A stretch of 46,499 nucleotides of DNA from Arcobacter sp. (GTDB lineage: Bacteria > Campylobacterota > Campylobacteria > Campylobacterales > Arcobacteraceae), in the NCBI GenBank assembly GCA_965662175.1, contig CBFIGT010000006.1, positions 312 to 46,810 on the forward strand. Direction: 5' to 3'. The notes beneath the pieces are model-generated. The model was not told where the DNA came from. It did not search any database and worked only from the letters and a program-made list of their open reading frames with translations. The position numbers and the translations under genes are program-made. Shown here piece by piece: positions 1 through 8,399 of the stretch (its first letter is position 1; each line of letters opens with the position of its first letter).

Positions 1-1541
1 CTGCAGGTATTGAATTCTCAGTAATTGGAAGTGGAAACTCTTTAACTTTAAAAACTTCAAAAGATTTTATAAATATTGCAAAAATAAAATTAGTTACAAG
101 TGATGCTTCAACTTCACAACATGTAGGTTGGGAGATATTTGAAAAATCATCTTTAGGAACAACAAACTTTGAAAATAAAGTTAAATATTTAAGAGCATTA
201 GAGGGTGAACTATCTCGTTCTTTAGAGTCTTTAACTGGTGTTATGAGAGCTAGTGTAAAAATTGGAATACCAAAAGAGACTATTTTTACAGAGAGAAAAA
301 CACCACCAACAGCATCAGCTGTATTAACACTAAAACCAGGTGTGTTTTTAACTCAAAAACAAATTGATGGAATTAAAAATTTTATTTCATCTGCAATACC
401 AAATTTGACAAATGATAATATAAAATTAATTGACCAAGATGGAACAATCTTAGAGCAATCTAAAGATGATATAGATAATCAAAACTCAATAACTCAAAAT
501 AAATATAAAATGAAAGTTGAAAAAGATTATGAAAGAAAGATTATTGATTTACTTGAGCCTTTTGTAGGAAAAGGTAGAGTAATTGCTAGGGTTTCTTTAG
601 ATTTAAATTTTGCTAAAAAACATACAAAAGAGGAGATTTTTGAACCTGAGGGAACTATTAGGAGTCAACAAACTACTGAAAATGTATCTTCATCAATAGG
701 AAAAACAAATCAAAATGGTGGAGTACCTGGTGTTCAAAGTAATATTGAAGACCCAACTGCTGGAAATAATGATGGCTCAACATCTTCAAATAATGAAGCA
801 TCTAAAAATATTATAAATTATGAAATATCTAAAAAAATAATAGAACATGAAGATAACAACTACTCTACAATTAATAAAGTAACTGCGGCTGTTACCTTTG
901 ACTCAGCTGTTTTAGCTAATGTAGATAATCGTGACGAGTTTTTAAACAATATTGTTGAGGTAGTACAAGATACAATTGGATTTGATGATAGAAGAGGCGA
1001 TAAAATCACTGTTAAAGATTTTAAATTTGTTACATCAACACAAGCTGGAGAAGCTCTAGATGAAAATGGAAATCCAATTGCAGATGAACAAGTTGATACA
1101 ATTTCTCAAGTAAAATCTTTGATGAATGAGTTTAGTGAGTATTTTCAATATTTAATAGCATTAATTTTACTTTTTGTTTTTTATAGAAAATTTATAGTTA
1201 AAAATGAGGTTATTGTTTTAGGAGATGGAACAAGTTTAGATAAAAAAGGTGCAGGAAAAAAATTAAATGAAGATGGTATAGAGATTCCTGGACTAAATGA
1301 TGATACAAATTTAGAAGATGAGTTTGATGTTAGTAGTGCAAAAGGAAGATTAAAATCAAAAATTAAAAGCCAAATAATGAATAATTTAGAGGGCTTAGAT
1401 GAAGAGGCTGCTGCTAAATATGAAGTTTTAATTGAAGAGATTGATAAGATTATTAATGAAGAACCAGCTGAAATTGCTAAAATGATAGAGTTATTGTTAG
1501 CTGAGGGTAACACAAAATTCAAAGGTAAAAAAGGTAAATAA
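1..1541 (+). CDS. fliF: Flagellar MS-ring protein FliF, 5' end outside window
   Basis: Frame is open from base 3, upstream of the ORF-track Met at 243, and reads GWEIFEKSSLGTTNFENKVKYLRALEGELSRSL (FliF signature). C-terminal TM present; stop overlaps fliG ATG. Confidence 0.96.
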   Translation, partial: AGIEFSVIGSGNSLTLKTSKDFINIAKIKLVTSDASTSQHVGWEIFEKSSLGTTNFENKVKYLRALEGELSRSLESLTGVMRASVKIGIPKETIFTERKTPPTASAVLTLKPGVFLTQKQIDGIKNFISSAIPNLTNDNIKLIDQDGTILEQSKDDIDNQNSITQNKYKMKVEKDYERKIIDLLEPFVGKGRVIARVSLDLNFAKKHTKEEIFEPEGTIRSQQTTENVSSSIGKTNQNGGVPGVQSNIEDPTAGNNDGSTSSNNEASKNIINYEISKKIIEHEDNNYSTINKVTAAVTFDSAVLANVDNRDEFLNNIVEVVQDTIGFDDRRGDKITVKDFKFVTSTQAGEALDENGNPIADEQVDTISQVKSLMNEFSEYFQYLIALILLFVFYRKFIVKNEVIVLGDGTSLDKKGAGKKLNEDGIEIPGLNDDTNLEDEFDVSSAKGRLKSKIKSQIMNNLEGLDEEAAAKYEVLIEEIDKIINEEPAEIAKMIELLLAEGNTKFKGKKGK

Positions 1542-2548
1542 TGTCAACTGTACTAGAAAATGAAGTACTAAAAGGGATGTCAATGCTTAAAAAAGTTGCC
1601 ATCTTTTGTGTCCTTATAGGAGAAGAAGCAACTGTTAAAATTTTCCAACATTTACCAAGACATATTGTTGAGGATATCTCAACAGCTATTACTCAGTTAT
1701 CATCAGTTGACCAAGAGACTTCATTAGCTGTTCTTGAAGAGTTTCATTTATATACTAGAACAAAAGGTTTTATTAGTACAGGTGGATATGAGTATGCTAA
1801 AGATTTACTATATAAATCTTTGGGTAAAAGTGAAGCTGATGAAGTTTTAGCAAAACTATCTAAAATGCAACTTGCATCTCAATCTTTTAACTATCTTGAT
1901 GCAATTAATCCTAAGCAATTATCAGACTTTATTAAAGATGAATCCCCTCAAACTATTGCGGTTATTTTAGCACATATGGATTCAAGCGGTGCAGCTGAGG
2001 TATTAAATCAGCTTGAAGAGGATATAAAAGTAAAAGTTACTATGCAAATGGCAACTATAAAAGATGTATCTCCTGATGTTGTTAGAACTATTTCATTAGT
2101 ATTAGAGAAAAAACTTGAATCACTTTTATCTTCTATTGTTGATGTTGGTGGTGTTAAAGTTGTGGCTGATATGTTAAATAGACTTGGACCAAAATCTCAA
2201 GATATATTAAAAAACATCAATGGTGTTGATACAGCACTTGCAACTAAAATTAAAGAGAATATGTTTGTATTTGAAGATTTATTAGCCTTAGATAAAGATG
2301 ATATAATGAAAGTACTTCAAAATGTTGAGATGGGAGATGTTGCTGTTGCTATGAAAAATGCAACTGAAGAGGATTTAGAAACTGTATTAGGTGCAATGTC
2401 ACAAAGAGCTGGAGATAGATTTAAAGAGGAGTTTGAAATGCTTAATAAAGTTAAAATTAAAGATATCGAAGCTGCTCAAAGAAAAATGTTAGATGCCGCT
2501 CAAAAGTTAATTGAAGAGGGCGTAATTGATAGGGATATGGATAGCTAA
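1541..2548 (+). CDS. fliG: Flagellar motor switch protein FliG
   Basis: ESPQTIAVIL, GGVKVVADMLN and MFVFEDL motifs; lies between fliF and fliH. Confidence 0.97.
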   Translation: MSTVLENEVLKGMSMLKKVAIFCVLIGEEATVKIFQHLPRHIVEDISTAITQLSSVDQETSLAVLEEFHLYTRTKGFISTGGYEYAKDLLYKSLGKSEADEVLAKLSKMQLASQSFNYLDAINPKQLSDFIKDESPQTIAVILAHMDSSGAAEVLNQLEEDIKVKVTMQMATIKDVSPDVVRTISLVLEKKLESLLSSIVDVGGVKVVADMLNRLGPKSQDILKNINGVDTALATKIKENMFVFEDLLALDKDDIMKVLQNVEMGDVAVAMKNATEEDLETVLGAMSQRAGDRFKEEFEMLNKVKIKDIEAAQRKMLDAAQKLIEEGVIDRDMDS

Positions 2549-3213
2549 TGGAAAAAAATAACGTATACTCAAATGCAAAAGTCATAAAAAGTAGAAATGA
2601 TGTTGAAAATTTCCAATTAGGTACTTTTCTTTCAACAGGTGAAATAAATCAAAATCCACAAATGGAAAAAGTTGCAAAACTTGACCAAAAACAGGTAAAT
2701 GTTAATGGTGACCAAATCTTAGAGTTATGCCAAAAAACATTAAATGAGGTTAATAATTTAAATAATATTGTAAGTCAATTACAAAATAATGGTGCAATTG
2801 CTAAAGATATTGATAAGCAAGTTGTGCAAGCCATAAAAGACCTAAAACATTATGCTGCATTTTTTGAGCAAGCAACCTTTCAAATGGAAACAAAGATTTT
2901 AAAAACTTCAATGTCAATTGCTAAAAAAATAATTGGAATTGAAATTGGTGAAAACTCAACAAATATAGCTAGACAAACAATACATAATATTTTAGATAAG
3001 ATAAAAACAGCCTCAAAAGTTAAAATTCATCTTAATCCAAAAGATTATGAGTTATTAAAAAATGACCTAAACTTAGATTCGCATATTTCACTAGTTGAAG
3101 ATGCAAATGTAACCGCAGGTGGGGTTGTTATAGCAAGTGACTTGGGTAATTTTGATGGAAATATTGATGCAAAAGTTAACTCTATGCTTGAGTCTTTAGA
3201 TACTATAATATAA
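2548..3213 (+). CDS. fliH: Flagellar export protein FliH
   Basis: C-terminal KIHLNPKD...GGVVIASDLGNFDG FliH/SctL domain; fliFGH synteny. Confidence 0.9.
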   Translation: MEKNNVYSNAKVIKSRNDVENFQLGTFLSTGEINQNPQMEKVAKLDQKQVNVNGDQILELCQKTLNEVNNLNNIVSQLQNNGAIAKDIDKQVVQAIKDLKHYAAFFEQATFQMETKILKTSMSIAKKIIGIEIGENSTNIARQTIHNILDKIKTASKVKIHLNPKDYELLKNDLNLDSHISLVEDANVTAGGVVIASDLGNFDGNIDAKVNSMLESLDTII

Positions 3214-3311
3214 TAAAATTCTACAATTATAAAAATTAGCTTAAAAATATAAAAATAATTTAAAATTCTACATAAATAACTAATTTACACTAATACTAAA
3301 TTCAATAACTG

Positions 3312-3320
3312 TGTTATAAT
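3312..3320 (+). promoter_or_regulatory. Extended -10 sigma70 promoter for fliN-flgD-flgE
   Basis: TGTTATAAT (TGn + TATAAT) about 30 nt upstream of fliN ATG. Confidence 0.65.
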
Positions 3321-3349
3321 CGTTTACTAAACTAGATTAAAGTTGTACT

Positions 3350-3637
3350 ATGGAAATAAGTGAAAGAGTCTATGATTTATTAGTTGATACACAAATTACT
3401 GTTGATGTTATGTTGGGCAGTGCTAGTATTAACATAAAAGAGTTTTTGGATTTAGGTGAGGGTGATATTTTATCATTAGATAAAGCAGCAGGTGCTGGTG
3501 GTGATATATATGTAAACTCAAGAATCATTGGTACAGGTGATATCATCGTAATTGATGAAAAATTAGCTGTTAGAGTTCAAGATGCAATGGATTCTGATAA
3601 TGTAGTTCGATATTTTTTCGAAGAAAATTTGATATAA
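3350..3637 (+). CDS. fliN: Flagellar motor switch protein FliN
   Basis: 95-aa SpoA domain (VDVMLG...LGEGDILSLDK...IYVNSRIIGTGDIIV). Confidence 0.88.
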   Translation: MEISERVYDLLVDTQITVDVMLGSASINIKEFLDLGEGDILSLDKAAGAGGDIYVNSRIIGTGDIIVIDEKLAVRVQDAMDSDNVVRYFFEENLI

Positions 3638-3646
3638 GGATTTATT

Positions 3647-4126
3647 ATGGCAACTGATAATATAGCAATAACAGGTTCTACAGGAGTTGATGGTAACTCA
3701 TATACAACAGCTGTTAGTAATGATAAATTGACAAATGAAGATTTTTTAAATTTGATGCTTGAAGAGATGAAGATGCAAGATCCAACTTCACCTATGGATT
3801 CATCATCTATGTTAAGTTCACAAATGCAAATGTCAAGTATTGAAACAAACTTAGCAACAATTGAGGCTATGACAGCTTTACAAACTTCATTTTCACAAAT
3901 GGCATTGGCAAGTGCAACTGATGTAATTGGAAGAATTGTTGAAGATGGAACTTATGGACAATCTGGAGAGCCTAAAGGTTATATGGTTAGTTCAGTTGAG
4001 ATGTCAGATGGTGATATAATTGTTAAAGGTTTTGAAACAATTGGTTATGATAGTGAAAATGACCAATTAATTTATTCTGAAACACAAAGTTCTATTAATT
4101 ATAATAATATAACTAAAATATACTAA
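3647..4126 (+). CDS. flgD: Hook capping protein FlgD
   Basis: DFLNLMLEEMKMQDPTSPMD motif; precedes flgE. Confidence 0.93.
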   Translation: MATDNIAITGSTGVDGNSYTTAVSNDKLTNEDFLNLMLEEMKMQDPTSPMDSSSMLSSQMQMSSIETNLATIEAMTALQTSFSQMALASATDVIGRIVEDGTYGQSGEPKGYMVSSVEMSDGDIIVKGFETIGYDSENDQLIYSETQSSINYNNITKIY

Positions 4127-4135
4127 GGTTAAAAA

Positions 4136-5608
4136 ATGATTGGTGCATTATATAACGGATTGTCAGGTGTCAACTCTTCATCTAAAGGTGTTAATGTTAC
4201 GGCTAATAATATAGCTAATGTTAATACAGTTGGATATAAAGCTGATACTATGGACTTCGCTAGAATGATGTACGATAATTCAACAAGTTTTGGAGCTGTT
4301 GGTAATGGTGTGGGAACCATGCAAGTTGAGAAAAATTTTAATCAAGGTGATTTAAAACAAACATCATCTTTTTATGATTTTGCAATTGATGGCAAAGGTT
4401 TTTTTGTCGTAAATGACCAGCAAAATGATGATGTTTATTATACAAGAGCTGGTAATTTTCAAAAATCAGTTGATGGTTTTTTGGAAGATAAAAATGGTTT
4501 TAATGTTCAAGGAATTCAAACAGATATTACTGAAGCTACTTCAATTAATGGAGATTTAGTTTTTGATGAGAGTTATACAAAATTTATCTCTACAAAAACT
4601 ATAGCAACTGAAGATTTTACTATTTCTATTAATGCTAGGTCAAATGATTACTCCACAAATGCAACAGACTTGGGTGTATCAGGAGATAATTTTAAAACAA
4701 AAGGTACCTTATTAGCAGATATTGATTTACTTATTAATAATTATAATAATAAATTAAGCCAATATGCTTCTGAACCAAATGCTGAATCTGTTGCTTCAAG
4801 TAATCAAAAAGTAGAAATAAGTTTTGGCGATTGGGAGAATGATTTATCAACTGATGCTAGTTATATTCAGTTATATGTGGGAAATTCTGTATATAGACAA
4901 AATTTTCAAACAGATGCCCTAACAACCATGAATTTATTAGCTGATAAAGTATCTAATTTACCAGGTTTTACTGCATCTTTTGATGAAGCAAATAGTTTAC
5001 TAACAATTGATAATTTAATTCCAGGTAATAATACACCAATTGACTTACCACTTGGTGATTATACTTCTCCAATAATTACAAGAACAGCTGCAGTTGAGGG
5101 TTCGGGTTTAGCAATGGTTAATTCAGCTAGAGATGCTTTAAAAGATAGAATTGCATTAGCAAATGGAGAATTTTTAGAGATTCAAAATACAATACCAGCA
5201 CCAAATCAAGCAACAGTTACACTTGAAAATTTAGATTTAAAATTAACTACACTGGGATTTTCTGATAATAATGACTCAACTTTTGAGGCAACAGATGATG
5301 GTATTTTATTAATAAATCAACTAGGAAATAGTTATATAGTTGGAAGATTAACAAGTGTTTATTTTCCCGATGAGATAAGTTTAGACCCAGCAGGTGGAAA
5401 TTTATATATGGAGACAAATGAATCGGGTGAACCTAAGAATGCAGATTTAATTACTACAATTCATACAAAGTTTGTTGAAATAAGTAATACAGATTTAGCA
5501 GGTGGTTTTACTGATATTTTACGTACTCAAAGAGCATTTGAAGCGAGCTCAAAAGCGATAACCACTTCAGATGATTTTTTAAAAACAGCAATTCAATTAA
5601 AAAAATAG
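4136..5608 (+). CDS. flgE: Flagellar hook protein FlgE paralog 1 (490 aa)
   Basis: ANNIANVNTVGYK, DFAIDGKGFF, YYTRAGNF and QRAFEASSK hook/rod motifs. Confidence 0.85.
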   Translation: MIGALYNGLSGVNSSSKGVNVTANNIANVNTVGYKADTMDFARMMYDNSTSFGAVGNGVGTMQVEKNFNQGDLKQTSSFYDFAIDGKGFFVVNDQQNDDVYYTRAGNFQKSVDGFLEDKNGFNVQGIQTDITEATSINGDLVFDESYTKFISTKTIATEDFTISINARSNDYSTNATDLGVSGDNFKTKGTLLADIDLLINNYNNKLSQYASEPNAESVASSNQKVEISFGDWENDLSTDASYIQLYVGNSVYRQNFQTDALTTMNLLADKVSNLPGFTASFDEANSLLTIDNLIPGNNTPIDLPLGDYTSPIITRTAAVEGSGLAMVNSARDALKDRIALANGEFLEIQNTIPAPNQATVTLENLDLKLTTLGFSDNNDSTFEATDDGILLINQLGNSYIVGRLTSVYFPDEISLDPAGGNLYMETNESGEPKNADLITTIHTKFVEISNTDLAGGFTDILRTQRAFEASSKAITTSDDFLKTAIQLKK

Positions 5609-5609
5609 T

Positions 5610-5652
5610 TGTTTTTATATTAGTACTTAATAAAAGTATTAATATATGAACA
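5610..5652. promoter_or_regulatory. Long imperfect inverted repeat between the flgE paralogs, followed by TATAAT at 5661-5666
   Basis: Core TATATTAGTACTT-AATAA-AAGTATTAATATA (5616-5646, one G-T pair), extendable to 5610-5652. Confidence 0.55.
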
Positions 5653-5686
5653 TTTATGTTTATAATTTTATCTAAAAGGATAAATC

Positions 5687-8014
5687 ATGATCGGAGCATT
5701 ATGGACAGGGATATCAGGACTTTCTTCACAACAAAAAGCCCTAGATAACGAGTCACACAATATCGCGAATGTTAATACAGTAGGTTACAAATCATCAAGA
5801 ATCTCTTTTGCTGATCAAATGTACCAAGATAGAATCGGTAAAGGTTCTAAAATCTTAGATGCTGAAAAACTATATGTACAAGGTAACCTAAAGGTTACTG
5901 GAGTTGCATATGATATGGCTCTTTCAGGAAGCGGTTTTTTTGCTGTTGCTGATAAGAGTTCAACAGGTACATCTGAAACCTATTATACAAGAGCTGGAAA
6001 TTTTAGAATGGGTGATAATGGAACTTTACAAGATGCAGCTGGTAATGAGGTTCAAGGTTGGACTATGTCTACTTTAACAGATGATGATATTACATCAACT
6101 AACCCTAATATTTCAGTATTTACAAGTGCATATGACCAACTTTTATCATCAAAAATTGTAAATCACTCTAATTATGTTGAAACATTTACAGCAAAATCAA
6201 CTGATTATACAGAGACTGTAAAAGCTGATTCTAGTACAGTATTTTCAGGTTATGGATTAAAAACAGCATCATCAAAAACTCAAGATATAGAAGCTCTTGT
6301 TACGAATTATAGTAGTGCATTAAGCTCTTATCAAGATAATCCAGATGGTACATCACAAAGTGCAATTTCTCAAACTACACAAATAAACTTTGCTGGAACT
6401 GATTTTAATAAAGAGGGTGACCAAATTTATGTTTACCTTGATGGAAATAAAATCTCACAAAGTTTTGTATCATCACCTGCTAGAGATACATTCACATCAT
6501 TGGAAGCTAGTCAAATTGATACTTATAAAGCATTAGCTGATAAAATTTCAAAAATTACAGGATTTGTTGCATACAATGTAACAGATGAACAACTTCCGGG
6601 TTCTACAAACTCTACAGGTGGTACAATTGATGTATTTGAATCATCTGATTCATTTATAAAATCAACTGCTGATGCTGATGTTTTAAAAGGTATGATTGAG
6701 ATAAAATCATTAATACCTGGTGAAGAGTTTAAGATTACAGAAGTTGCTGAAGTTTCAGGAAGTGCAACTACTTATGGTGTTTATAATGAAACTTCAAGTG
6801 CACAAATTGCTGTTCAAGGTTTAGGACTTGGTGGTTTAGAGAGTGCTAGAGAAGCTTTATCTATGGCAATATCAGGTAACCAAAGAGATGTTTATACAAG
6901 TGAAGAATTAAACTTAAATGGTGCTGATGATTATGAAATTTCAATTACTATTTATGATAAAGATACTCAACAAAATGTAACTATTAATCCACCATTAGTA
7001 ATTACAGATCCAACTTCAATGGATGATGTAGTAAATCAAATTAATGATATAGGTGCTACTTATCAAAATGCTGCAACTAGAGAGTTCTTTGATGAATACT
7101 TTACAGCAAAAAATATTAATGGTGCACTTGTAATTGAGACTAATGATATAAATTATGATGTTGAGTATAGTACAGAATTAACAGCATCGCAATCAACATA
7201 TACTGAAACTTTAGCAGCAACACCTGCAAATGCAACAGTTACTTTTGATGGTACAAGCACTGTTTTAGCAAATGGTCAAACAAGTTTTGTTTTTACTGGA
7301 AATACACCTGCTGTTCCAGCAATTACAGTAACAGCACCACAAGATATTGAGTCTTTAGCAACTTCTTTAAATGATGCTTTTGAAACAGGTGATGGAGTAA
7401 ATGCTTATGATTATTTAGCTGAAGTTATTAATGGTGAACTTGTTATTTCAAGATTAACAGATAGGGATACAGATTTAACTGTTGCTACAAATGCTGCTAT
7501 TGATGTTAGTTTAGAAAAAGTTGAAGGTGGTTTAGAGAAAAATGCTGAGTATTCAGGAAGAAAAGGTGCTGGTGCTGAGTTTTTAGAGATTGTTAATACT
7601 GTTGACCAAACAGCATCTCTTGATTCTTTACAATTAAGACTTGATACTTTAGATATATCAGACTCAGCTTTTGGTGAGTTTACTGTTGATTCTACAGGTC
7701 TTATTACTATGAGCCAAGATGGTGCTGAGTTTGCTATTGGACAAGTTGCAATTGCATTATTCAATAATGAAAGAGGTTTAGATCCATCAGGGGATAACTT
7801 ATTAGCTAAAACTACACAAAGTGGTGAGCCAACTTATAATATCAACAATGATAGAACAGCAAAAATTGAAGCTCAAACATTAGAGTTAAGTACAGCTGAT
7901 TTAAGTGAAAGTTTAGTAAACTTAATGGTATTTCAAAGAGCTTTTGAAGCAAATGCTAAGTCGATAACAACGTCAGATACGTTGTTAAATACGTTAATTA
8001 ACTTAAAAAGGTAA
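5687..8014 (+). CDS. flgE: Flagellar hook protein FlgE paralog 2 (775 aa, large central insertions)
   Basis: HNIANVNTVGYK, YYTRAGNF, LELSTADLSESLVNLMVFQRAFEANAK; AAGGA SD. Confidence 0.9.
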   Translation: MIGALWTGISGLSSQQKALDNESHNIANVNTVGYKSSRISFADQMYQDRIGKGSKILDAEKLYVQGNLKVTGVAYDMALSGSGFFAVADKSSTGTSETYYTRAGNFRMGDNGTLQDAAGNEVQGWTMSTLTDDDITSTNPNISVFTSAYDQLLSSKIVNHSNYVETFTAKSTDYTETVKADSSTVFSGYGLKTASSKTQDIEALVTNYSSALSSYQDNPDGTSQSAISQTTQINFAGTDFNKEGDQIYVYLDGNKISQSFVSSPARDTFTSLEASQIDTYKALADKISKITGFVAYNVTDEQLPGSTNSTGGTIDVFESSDSFIKSTADADVLKGMIEIKSLIPGEEFKITEVAEVSGSATTYGVYNETSSAQIAVQGLGLGGLESAREALSMAISGNQRDVYTSEELNLNGADDYEISITIYDKDTQQNVTINPPLVITDPTSMDDVVNQINDIGATYQNAATREFFDEYFTAKNINGALVIETNDINYDVEYSTELTASQSTYTETLAATPANATVTFDGTSTVLANGQTSFVFTGNTPAVPAITVTAPQDIESLATSLNDAFETGDGVNAYDYLAEVINGELVISRLTDRDTDLTVATNAAIDVSLEKVEGGLEKNAEYSGRKGAGAEFLEIVNTVDQTASLDSLQLRLDTLDISDSAFGEFTVDSTGLITMSQDGAEFAIGQVAIALFNNERGLDPSGDNLLAKTTQSGEPTYNINNDRTAKIEAQTLELSTADLSESLVNLMVFQRAFEANAKSITTSDTLLNTLINLKR

Positions 8015-8018
8015 TAAT

Positions 8019-8045
8019 TAAAATAGGTAATTTTTACCTATTTTA
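8019..8045 (+). terminator. Hairpin terminator after flgE paralog 2
   Basis: Perfect 12-bp stem TAAAATAGGTAA-TTT-TTACCTATTTTA. Confidence 0.7.
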
Positions 8046-8057
8046 TGAGGGTATAAT

Positions 8058-8387
8058 TTGGAAAATTTTTTATTGATTCTTTTTTTAGTAATACTTTTAC
8101 TATATTATTTTTCTACAATGAATGTTTATAAGTCTTTGTACTCTAAAGTCAATGAAGAGAAAAATATTTTAGAAGAAGAGAAAAATAAATATTCTCAGTT
8201 AATGGAGAGATACAATAAACAAGCTATGGTTCAAGATAGTACAATTAAAACAACAGAGAGTACTCTCTCTGTTGCTAGAAATGACTTAAGAGATGCAAAA
8301 ATAGAAAATACTAATTTAAAACATGAAATAGATAAGTTAAATAAAAGGACTGAAGAATTATACGCTCAAGTTAACACAATGGTGTAG
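8058..8387 (+). CDS. Hypothetical protein, N-terminal TM plus coiled coil
   Basis: TTG start after GAGGG SD; hydrophobic N-terminus then charged heptad-like region. Confidence 0.75.
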   Translation: MENFLLILFLVILLLYYFSTMNVYKSLYSKVNEEKNILEEEKNKYSQLMERYNKQAMVQDSTIKTTESTLSVARNDLRDAKIENTNLKHEIDKLNKRTEELYAQVNTMV

Positions 8388-8399
8388 AGGGAGTATCTT

